The translations under genes and the position numbers were made by a program. Shown here one piece after another: positions 10,908 through 20,832 of a stretch of DNA of 32,676 nucleotides (position 1 is the first letter of the stretch; each line of letters begins with the position of its first letter). Source of the stretch: Raillietiella orientalis. Its lineage: Eukaryota. The notes beneath the pieces are model-generated. The model worked only from the letters and a program-made list of their open reading frames with translations, was not told the DNA's origin and did not search any database. The DNA is taken from NCBI GenBank assembly GCA_036172245.1, contig JAYWIR010000197.1, forward strand, positions 1-32,676, given 5' to 3'.

Positions 10908-13253
10908 TTTAAACCCGGTACGCCGAAACGTTTATTATTTCAAATAAACTCATATAAACTGTGACTGGACCAGTAGTCCAGCCATGCCCTGGAAACATTC
11001 AGCCTGCAGGGCTGCCGGTGCACAGACCGACACGGTCGACCTCGGCAGCAGAAGGGAGAAGTAATCAAAGAAAAAGAAAACAAAGAAATAAACAAAACCT
11101 GGGAGGGAGCGGGAAGGGATCACTGTCTGCTTGGAGGTTCCATCATCCTCTGGAGGATGCCGGCAAGCTGTCGCTAAATGGGGGGTTCCAGATGAGGCCA
11201 TCGCGTCACCATCCTCAGGATACGGGCGGCGTAAACGGTGGCGTCCCTGTCGCTGGACCCTCCCGCCGCTTTGTTCCAGGCCACGACGATCCCGTGTAGG
11301 CAGCACAGGGCTGCAAGCGAGGCCGCCGGAGGCAGAGCATCACGGACGAAGAGGGGGCGCAAAGCGTCTCTAGGGTTGCCTCCGGGGATCCCCAGGGCTG
11401 CGGCAAAGCGTTCCCACAAGGGACGGAGGGCAACACATTCCACTAGCAGGTGGAAGAGGTATTAAATCTCCCCGCACCTGACACAATTGGGGTTGACACC
11501 CCCCCGCGTTTAGTAGTGTCGGCGGGCGTTGCAGGGGAGGCCCCAATGCAACACCAGGAGTGCCGACTGTTGTCACTTCATGGGAAAAGTGCGCAAGTCC
11601 ATGAGCACCGGGGGCCAATCGAGATGTTCCTTCGAATCATCCAGTAGCTCGACCCAGCGCAAGAGTCCGTGTGGGGTGGTCGTCGGGCTCGCAGCGTTGG
11701 TGAGCTGACCCGTTCTTCAATCCCCGATCTTCTTTGCCCTGCTGGCGACCTTGACAGTAACCTCCCATTGTGCCGCGACGTCGCTGCCCAGATATTCCCG
11801 TAGGGTAGGCAGTACCGCAGCAAGGGAGGTTCTTTGAGCCCACGCTCTCCTTCGGGGATTCTCGAAGATTTCTTGAAGCGTGCGGTGGGCGTGCGGCCCG
11901 AACAGAGCTATTCGCTCGTGTTGAGGGCTGTGCTCCTGAGTCATCGCCCACGTGCGGACGGTTTCCTGCAACCAGGCAGGACCGTTCGGGGGGCGTACGA
12001 GGATACGCTCCGAGCTGGTCTTCACGAGCTTGGCCGCCCTTCGAAGCTGATGTCCGCAGTGGCAGATGGAGCTTCGGAGTGCAAAGTAGGACGAGATTCC
12101 CGCATTGCCGGTGGCCCGCTCGACGAGAAGACGTGCAGTGAGGCACCAGGCGGTGCACCGATTTTTTGCCATAAAGGCAACACTCCGGTACTGGAGCTGA
12201 AGCTCCAGCCGCTTTAGCGTCAGGAGGCCAAGACCGCCGTCCCGACGCGAAGCGCACAAGTCCGCGACAAAAACTCGGGGCTTTCTCTGCCCCAAAGGGC
12301 TATCCTCAGGAGGTCCTCCGTCCTTTTCCTAGACTCCGCTGAGGGAAGGCAAACAAAAAGTAAGGCGCGAATTAGGGGTGCCGCAAACGCGTTCCACGCC
12401 GCTGCCCGTTCCTGCAGGTAGAACCTGCCGTCCTGGAACGGGCCGCTCGCCGCCTGAGCATTCTGAAGGCAGTCGTTCCACGCTTTCGCAGGGGAGTGGT
12501 CCCCCAACGGCACACCGAGGGACTTGAAGTACCTGACCGTGGGGATCCCCAAACGGACCCATACCTGCTGCTCTGTCCACGCCGCTCCGACTGGCATTAC
12601 GGAAGACTTCGCCCTGTTCACTATAAGTCCGGTTCCCCGATGCAGCTGGTCGAAGAACTCCTCGACCGCCTAAGCCGGGGTGGAAATAGAGAGCAGTAGC
12701 AGAAGATCGATCGCGTATGGCGAAGCCGCAGGCGTATTGAGACAATCGCACGGCAGGTGCGCCAGGGTCTCCCTGTACGCTCTCAGCACCAATTCGAAAT
12801 AGGCGCTAAAGAGCAGGGGGCTCAGGCTGTCTTCCTGCCGTATGCCGCGTCGCACCGGTACTCCGTGCACGGTTCGCCCGCTGAAAAGAACATTAATTAG
12901 CGCGTCGCGCCAGCTGGAGCGCAGGTAGGCCACCAAAAAGGCAGGGAAGCCCAAGCGTTCCAGAAGCTCCATCAGGAGATTCTGCTCGACGCTGTCGAAT
13001 GCTTTACGCAAGTCTACAGCGACCGCAAGGGCTCCCTTCCTTACCCGACCGTTTTGCCTCCCGCCAACGGACGCACCGGAATTCCGGCTGCTCAATAAGC
13101 CCCTTCCTGGTTGGAGCTCTAACCATGTGGTAGCGTGGAACAGGTTCGCCGCCATGCTCCGCTCGGGAACAGCATATGTCTGTTCCGGGCTGATGAAGAT
13201 GTTGGCAAACCGTCCCAGACGTTCTGCCCACATCTTGGCTATCAACTTGGCGT
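10908..13253 (-). mobile_element. LINE copy F, 3' part (RT from DAKL to 3' end)
   Basis: Minus-strand 3' motif AATAAACGTTTCGGCGTACCGGGTTTAAA at 10936-10908 and ORF2 stop at 11120-11122. Decayed RT motifs AVDLRKAFD, YAID and FKSLG. Interrupted at 13253. Confidence 0.85.
13239..13253 (+). repeat. Left target-site duplication CTATCAACTTGGCGT
   Basis: An identical 15-mer lies at 18397-18411. The pair flanks the 5' and 3' termini of copy L exactly. Confidence 0.92.
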
Positions 13254-13341
13254 GCTAACGTGTTTTTTCCGCGCTCCTCTGCGCCTGTTGTAAAGCGTTC
13301 TTTTTCGGTAGTGTTTGTGTATGGAGCATCTGCGGTGTCCT

Positions 13342-15044
13342 ATGGCAGAAATGCCTGAGGATACCGCGATGGAAGTCGGCGGGGGAGAGGATTGCTCCTC
13401 TCCCCAACCTTTTGAGGTGGGGGCAACCGCCCCCACGGAGGAGAGAGCAACCGCTCCCTTGAAAAAGGAAGCAACCGCCTCTCCGGAAACGAGGACTACT
13501 GCCACCTTGAAAAAGGGAGCAATTGTCCTCGTGCAAAAGGCCGCAACCGCTTCCTTGAAAAAGGGGACAACCGCCGCCTTGGAAAAGGGCGCGAACGCCT
13601 CCTTGAAAAATGAAGCAACCGCGTCCTTGGATCCACCTGCTCCATGCACGAAGACCTGGAGCTCCGTGGCTGCAGCGCCATCTCCTGCTGCCTTAGCAGA
13701 ACAACGGGCCTACCTGGAACAAGGATACAAGCCGTCCTTGATTTACAAGGTAGGAAACCTGTTTATAGGGAACACCGCTCGTAACTTTGAAAGGGAGTTA
13801 CAGCGGTTGGATGTTAAAGAGGAAGACCTGGAAGGTCTCTCCGTGATGAGTGGGGGCCAGCGGGTGGAGCTGACGTGCAAAAATGCAAGTCTGGCTCAAC
13901 GCCTGCTGAACACTCCCATCACTCTGGAAGGCCGAAAGGTCTTCCCTGTAACGGAGGACCGCTCCATTGTTGCCCACCTTACGGGTGTAACTCTTCGCAT
14001 GACCAAAGCTGGCGTGCAGGAAAAGTTATAAAAACATGGTACGGTGCACGCGCTCTGGACCAAGCCCAACGTCTTCCAAACATACGGAAGACTGTTCAGT
14101 GGCATGGCTTCAGCGCGTGTGACGGTCCAGAAAAACGGTGGGCTGCCCCACAAACTCGACGTCGGCAACGAGGTCGTCGACGTCTGGTACGTGGGCAAGC
14201 CCAAGTACTGTTGGCACTGTGATGCAACGGGGCACCTGAAAAAACGGTGCCCTCACATCCAGTGTTTGCACTGCGGAGAGAAGGGCCACCTTCGGAATGT
14301 GTGCCCAAAGCGGGAACCTCCAGCGCCTTCTGCCTTGAAAAAAGGTAAGGGGAAACGCTTGGAGAAAGCACGAAAGTCCAATGAGCCAACAGAGCGGCAA
14401 AGCCAAAAGCTTGTGCCCGAACCCTCCCAGGAAACGCCAGTCGAGAAAACTTCCGACGACGCTTATGAGAACGAGGGCTGGCGGACGGCGAAGCCCAAAA
14501 GTAAAAAACCCAGGAAAACCAAAGAACCGACAGCGGAACCCGCGACATCTCAATTAAATAGGATACAACTCCGCGCTTTACTCCGCGAATGTTCGGTCGC
14601 TTTGGAGCGAGTGGAGATCCCCGAGACCTCCACCGGGGGAGATATCTCCCGCCTCGTTGACGCCAAAGCCGCGATCGAGGAAGGCGAAAACTCTGTGCAA
14701 ACAGAGGGGAGCCGAGCGACGCGCTCGCCGCAATCGAGGACGCCGCCTTCCAGCAGGCGGCGGAAGAGCTCGCGGGCGAACTCGCAGAGCGTGAGAACGG
14801 CGCGCGAAAAGCCTTGCGAAGGCCGGCCGCGAGCAAGGCACCTCGAACAGGTGACCACTAACCGGATGCCGGAAGTGCGTCCTCCTCCACGGAGGCGCCT
14901 CCGAATAAGACTGGGCGGAAGTCCAAGAATCCTAAGAGGCTCATCCCGACAAAGAAGGAGGGGGACGCTCCGGCATCCGAGGGGGAAGCCGGCAGCGTGG
15001 GAACGGAGGTAGGGATTTTCCCACCCTTCGCTACCGAGCAAACT
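13342..15044 (+). pseudogene. ORF1 of copy L (two CCHC knuckles)
   Basis: CWHCDATGHLKKRC and CLHCGEKGHLRNVC. TAA at 14029, a frameshift near 14710, and the C-terminus is deleted. Confidence 0.88.
13423..13638 (+). repeat. ~9 x 24-bp coding tandem repeat (ATAPLKKG-like)
   Basis: Periodic GCAACCGC..TTGAAAAAGGG units. Confidence 0.8.
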
Positions 15045-18000
15045 GGCTCACCTGATAGCGGGAGATTTTAATCTCCGCCTGCTATCAGGTGAGCCACACG
15101 CACAGGAACGAACGGCTAACGAGTTGTGCGCCGCCATGCGCTCGCGCAACTTGTTAGGGGATCTTTCGGAAATGGTCAGCAGCATCCACAACGTCTTCCT
15201 GGAAGTCGACCTGTGTTCACGGGTCGGCAAACGGGGGAAAGTTGCGTCAGAGCTGTCTGACCATTTCCGGTTGATATTCGAGGTGTGCCCGCGCGACAAG
15301 GGCCCCCCATCCAGGGCGTGGCGCCTGCCTGAGGACTGGACGCGACTCTCAGGTGCGAAGGAACACCTTCGCGAATTCCTGAGAGGCGTCACCCTCCGCA
15401 ATCTCAATGATTGGGACCTTTTTAAGGCCTCGGTCCGCGAGTTTTGCGAGGAGTTCCCCTTGCACCTCCTGCCCCGGGGATTTGGGGAGGGCATCCGTAA
15501 CGAACGAGCGTACTTGTATGCCCGTCGTTACGCGAGGACCTCCAATGTCCGTCGCCTGGCAGAGTACCGAGCCGGGGCCGAACGTCAAGCCTGGCAATCC
15601 GGATCGGACAGCTTGCTAAACGACCAGGGCCGGGAGCACTCGGCTCCGGCTAGAATACGGCACCTCGTGCGGCGTTTTTATTTCTCCCTTTACGCCAGGG
15701 CGCCCCGGACCAAGATGCCTCTCGGCGCTTGCTTCCGAACGGTGCCCCGGCAATAGGGGAGGAGGACAAGGAAAGCCTCGACAAGCCTTTAACCACCGGC
15801 GAAATTATCGCCGGTATCAAAAGGCTCAAGAGGCGGAAAGCACCTGGGGAGGACGGCCTGCCTGCGGAGTTTTTTCAATGCTTCGCGGCAGAGTTGGCAC
15901 CCCTGGTGCTTGAGTTGACAAGGCTGAACCGAGATAAAGGCGATGTACCCGCCTCGTTTCGGTCAGCCAGAGTGAGGCTCCTTCCGAAAGGAGGAGACCT
16001 CAGGAAACTCAGCAACTGGCGTCCGATCACAATTGTGAACACGGACGCCAAGCTGATCGCCGGACTGTGGGCTTCGCGTCTGGGGAAGGTGGCCAATTCT
16101 ATAATTAGCCCGGAGCAGACTTACGCTGTTCCCGGACGAAGTATGGAGGCCAACCTCTTCTTCGCGAGCACATGGTTTCATGTGCAGAGTAGTCAATAAA
16201 AAAAAGAGGGAAGGATTGGCGCCCCGCTTTGGAGGCGTCAGCCGGGCAAGGACAGGTCTCCCAGGTGGGGAAGGGAGCCCTAGCGATCGCAGTCGATCTG
16301 CACAAAGCGTTTGACTGCGTGGACCAGGATCTCCTGCTTGAGCTCCTGGGACGCATGGGCTTCCATCCCTATCTACTGACCTACCTGCGCTCTTGCTGGC
16401 GCAGCGCCCTGATCAATATCTCTTTCAGAGGTCAAATGGCGTACGGCGTGCCGGTACGGCGGGGCATACGTCAGGGCGACAGCCTCAGTCCCCTGCTCTT
16501 TAGCACCTACTTTAAGTTGGTGCTGAGAGCGTACAGGGTGACTTTGGCCCCCTTGCCGAGCTCGTGCCCCGGCACGCCCGCCGTAGCAGCATACGCCGAC
16601 GATCTTTTGCTTCTGTTGCCGATGTCCACCCCGGAGAAGGCGGTCGGGGATTTCTTCGATCTGCTTAGCCGCCGGACCGGACTTACGGTGAACAGGGCGA
16701 AGTCGACGGTGGTTCCAGTCGGTGCGGCGTGGGCTGGGCAGCAGGACTGGGTCTGCTTGGGGATCCCCACGGCGAGGTGCTTGAAGTACCTTGGTGTGCC
16801 GTTGGGGGACTACTCCCCTGCGGAAGCGTGGTCTGTCTCCCTCCAAAAAGTGGAAACGGCGATCGGCCCGTTCTTATAAGACAAGTTTCTCCTTCCGGAA
16901 CGGGCCGCGGTATGGAACGCGTTCGCGGGTTTTATCCTCCGCCCCCTGCTTTTTGTTTGCCCCGTCCCCAGAGAGTTGAAAAAACGGACGAAGGAGCTCC
17001 TGAGAATTGACCTTCTGGGAAGTGGGAGGCCCCGACTGCCGTTGAAGGACTTGTGTGCTCCACGTCGGGATGGCGGTCTCTGCCGCTTGACGATAGAGCG
17101 AGTAGAGATTCAGCTGCGGTGGCGAACCCTCGCCATCGCAGCAATGTTATGGAGCACCCCTTGGTGCGTTCCGGCCCGACTCCTTGCCAGCCGTGTATCC
17201 GGAACGGAGGGTCTCGCGTCCTATCTTCTGTGCCGTGGCAGGAAGATCAAGAGATGCGGACTTCTCCTGGGACGCATGGCAACTCTGGCTAAGGAAAACG
17301 GCTGGATGGTATGCAGCCCCGCCAACTCCTCCGCATGGCTGGAGGAGACAGCTGGCACGTGGGCGAAGATAAAACAGAAGCACGGAGAGATGTGGAACTG
17401 CCTGCGACGCGGCGTTTATTCCCGCTGCACTCTGCGGAAGATACTCCAGTGTCCCTCGAGAAGCACGTGAGCGGAGACAACCCCCCTACATACGGCGATG
17501 CTTTTCCTGAGGAGGGCGCTCTCCAGCAGCCGCAAGCCTAGATGGCAAGTCTCCTGCTGTATCGCAGGCAAGAAGAAGCTGATGAGCGGCTGGTCCATGA
17601 GGGAACTGGCAAACGCCACGACCCGAAGTGTCCTTTCGCGTGGATTAGTGAAATGGGGCGAGCTGCTCGGCATCCAGCCGGATGACCTGAAGTGGCCCCC
17701 GGTATTAATTGGTTCTAGGATCCTCCCCCTGAAGTGGCAGGATTCGGCGCTTCTGTTGTTGCATTGGGGTCTACCCTGCAACGCACGCCGCCACCACTGG
17801 ACCAAAGGTCGTGTAGATCCTACCTGCATCAGGCGTGGGGAACGGGAAACCCTACCCCACCTCCTTGTAGATGGTGCTGCCCTCCGACACCTGTGGGAAC
17901 GTTTTCGTGCCTCCCTACGGATCCAGGAGGGCAGCCAGCCCAGAGACGTTTTTCGGCTTCTGTTCGTGCAAAATGCCCTGCGTCCAGCCGCTGCCCTGGC

Positions 18001-18190
18001 TGCACTTTGCTGCGTACGCGGGATTGTGACGTGCTGGAGCAACGTCGGAAGACCGAATCACGACAGGGATGCCGTCGTACTTGCAGTCCGCTACCTGCGG
18101 ATTGTGACCAGATGGCCCCACCTGGGAATTATACGGACGGTCCTCGAGGGCATCCTGCGAAGGATGGACCCTCCTCCCAGTGGTCAGTGA
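15045..18190 (+). pseudogene. ORF2 of copy L (half endonuclease, RT, decayed CCHC finger)
   Basis: GDFN, LSDH, KAPGEDGLPAEF, NWRPITIVNTDAK, AVDLHKAFD, QGDSLSP, AAYADDL and KYLG, with stops and frameshifts. Confidence 0.9.
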
Positions 18191-18366
18191 TCCTTCCCCA
18201 ACCCTCCCAAATCTTTTTGTTTTTATATTTTATTTTTCTTCTTGTTTTTTCCCATACCCCCTTCCGCTGCCGAGGACAGTCGCGCCGGTCTGCGTACCGG
18301 CGACCCGGCAGGTCCAGTTGAGTTGGCCGTAGTGGGGCCTCGTACCACGAATCAAAGAGAATTTTT

Positions 18367-18396
18367 AATAAACGCCCCGGCGTGACCGGGTGGCAA
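18367..18396 (+). terminator. 3' terminal signal: AATAAA plus GC stem-loop (representative of 8 copies)
   Basis: The same motif lies at 4096(+), 5114(-), 10535(+), 10908(-), 22542(-), 28710(-) and 30967(-), always at the element boundary. Function is inferred. Confidence 0.7.
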
Positions 18397-18411
18397 CTAT
18401 CAACTTGGCGT
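18397..18411 (+). repeat. Right target-site duplication CTATCAACTTGGCGT
   Basis: Identical to 13239-13253. Confidence 0.92.
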
Positions 18412-18987
18412 CTGCATTTACTTATGTGATATGAAGGCAGTAGTTCATGCTCCTTAGGTCGCCTCCCTTCGGGAGGAGCCGCACCTTTGCTGAACGAAAC
18501 GAGATGGGAACGTCACCTGTCTCGCGAATCAGTAAGGTGAGCTGATGTACCAGAGGGGTAAGCTCTGCCGCGAAAGTTTGGTAAAACTCCGCGGGCAGGC
18601 CGTACTCCCCTGGAGCCTTCTGCGTCTTGAGCTTTCCGATGGCCGAGATGATCTCGTCCATCGTGAAAGGCTCGTCGAGGCTCCTTTCCTCCTCCTCCCC
18701 GATCGCTGGAGCAGCTTCCGGAAGCAGAAGTCGTGAGTCGTCTCACTCCGAAGGCGCCCTGGCGTACAGGGAGGAGTAAAATTTTTTCACAATCCCGCGC
18801 TTCTGAGCAGGAGCCGGGTGCTTCCGACCCTGATCGTCCAGCTAGCTAGCCGACCCGGATTGCCAGGCTTGCCTCTCGGCACCCGCTCGATACTTTGCTA
18901 ACCTGCGCATGTTGGGGATTCTCGCGCAACGTCGGGTCTGAAGATCGCACCTTTCGTTACGCGGCCCCTCCCCAAATCCCTTGGCGA
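18397..18987 (-). mobile_element. LINE copy F, upstream continuation (EN-RT linker to NADAK)
   Basis: LAKGFGEGPRNER, KAPGEYGLPAEFY, LLPKGGDLR and NADAKL. Cut at 18987 by the 5' end of copy M. Confidence 0.88.
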
Positions 18988-19074
18988 GCGGACGTGTTTT
19001 TCCTGAGCTCCCGAGCGAGTCGACAGGAAGCGGCTTTTTCTGTGTTTTGTTGTGTGGAACATCGTTGGTGTCCG

Positions 19075-20832
19075 ATGGCAGCGATGCCTGAGGACACCAC
19101 GAAAAAGGTAAGTGTTAGGGAGGCTTACGCACTTCCACAGCCTGCAGAATCAGGGGTGTCCGCCTCGGAATCATCCCCGGCAACGCCGAGGACGTGGAGC
19201 GCCAAGGTGTCCGCGCTCGGCGCGGAAAACTAGGCAGAGCAAGCGGCCTACAGGGCCTCCGGATATAAACCATCTCTGGTTTATAAGGTAGGACCCCTGT
19301 TTGATAGTCGCACCGCCCGGGCATTTAGTAGGGCACTGCAGGATTCCCCTGTAAGAGAAGAGGATCTTGACGGCCTTTCCGTACTCAGCGGGGGGCAGCG
19401 CGTGGAGGTCGTCTGCAAACACGTAGCCTTAGCACAGCACCTCATTAACACCCCGCTGAATGTGGATGGCCGGAAGATCCTGCCGGTTAGCATATACCGC
19501 TCCGTAGTGGTCCATCTAACCGGCATTACGAACCGCATGACGCGATCTGCGGTGAGTAATGAACTCAGTAAGTACGGTGAGATACACGCGTTGTGGCCAA
19601 AGCCTACCATTTTCGAAGCTTTTAATAGCCATTTCGGAGGCCAAGCTGCAGCGCGTGTAACGGTTAATGAGAGCAGTGGCTTGCCCTACAAACTGGAGGT
19701 CGCAAAGGAATCCGTCGACCTCTGGTACGTGAGGGAACCCCGCTATTGTAGCTACTGCGATGCAGTAGGGCACTTGCGCAAGCGGTCCCCGAATATCGAG
19801 TGCCACTTGTGCGGGGTTAAGGGACACCTTCGTCGTGTGTGCCTTAAAAGCTTCACCCCGGTGTCACCTGCTGCCAAAAAGGCACAGGCAACAAAAGGAA
19901 AAAAGGTCGAAAGAACTTATCGCGAAACTGGCCGGCCCCAGCCGCCATCTCCTGTTCCTCACACCCAGACGTCGGAGGAAAAACCCGCTGAAGACGCGGG
20001 AGAGGAAGAAGGATGGAAGCTGGTAAAGGCCAGAAAAGAAAAAGAAAAAGTTCTCCCCGTGGAACCCGCGATAGCGAAGAGAGAAAAGAGCGCGAAACCG
20101 AATAAACCCGGTCCGCGCTTGAAAACTCTTCGCGAGTGCACGGTGGCACTCGAACGGATTGCCGTCCCCGAGGCTGCCACCCAGGGCGATGAGCCTCCCC
20201 TCGCCGTTTCCGCAGCGCCCGAGGTTCGCGACGACGAACCCTCTGTTTGCACAGAGGGTGAGCCGCGCGAAACGCGCGCCGAAAGCGAGGACGCCGCGTT
20301 CGCGCAGGCGGCGGAGGAGCTCGCGGTCACGCTGGCCGAGCGTGAGAACCCCTCACGCAAGGCCTTGCAAAGGCCGGCTCCGCCGAAGAAGGCCCCCGCA
20401 GGTGAGTGCGACCTGGGGGCCGGAAGTGCATCCTCCTCGTCGGAGGGACCCCCCCGGAAGACGGAAGGCAAGTCCCAAAAGCCGAGGAGGCGCCTCTCCT
20501 CCACGAGCGAGGAGGAGAAGCAGGAACCCGACGGCAGCGTGGGAATCCCGGAGGAGGAAATCCCACGCGCGGAAGTCGTCGAGCAGGCCACCCCCATGGA
20601 AGAGGGAGAGCAGAAGGGCGAAGTCCTCCTTGCCGGCGCGGACCCTGTACAGCCCACCCGTATGGAGGAGGGCCAACAGGTAGGCGCGACCCCACCGGAG
20701 GGTGACCCGCCCGACGCGCCGTCACAGATAAAGCAGGGGGACCAGGTGCTCGAGGCACCTGTCCCTTCTGCCCCAACTAGCGTCCCGCCTTAACAGGTGG
20801 CGCACGCCGCAGAGCCGATTTCCCAAAAATAA
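19075..20832 (+). pseudogene. ORF1 of copy M
   Basis: A single frame with stops at 19231 and 20791. Knuckles CSYCDAVGHLRKRS (decayed) and CHLCGVKGHLRRVC. The homologous stop (ISQK*) is at 20830-20832. Confidence 0.88.

Larger units (their letters stand above)
13254..18396 (+). mobile_element. LINE copy L: end-to-end element with an internal deletion, inserted antisense into copy F
   Basis: 5' end GCTAACGTGTTTTTT, 3' end AATAAACGCCCCGGCGTGACCGGGTGGCAA, and a 15-bp TSD. Removing it restores F's NADAKLIAKMW. Confidence 0.93.

Noticed and set aside
13423..13638. CRISPR-like array
   Set aside because: The units are contiguous, degenerate, in-frame coding repeats without spacers.
13254..18396. 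LTR, DIRS or DNA transposon identity
   Set aside because: There are no terminal direct or inverted repeats and no protease, integrase, recombinase or transposase motifs.
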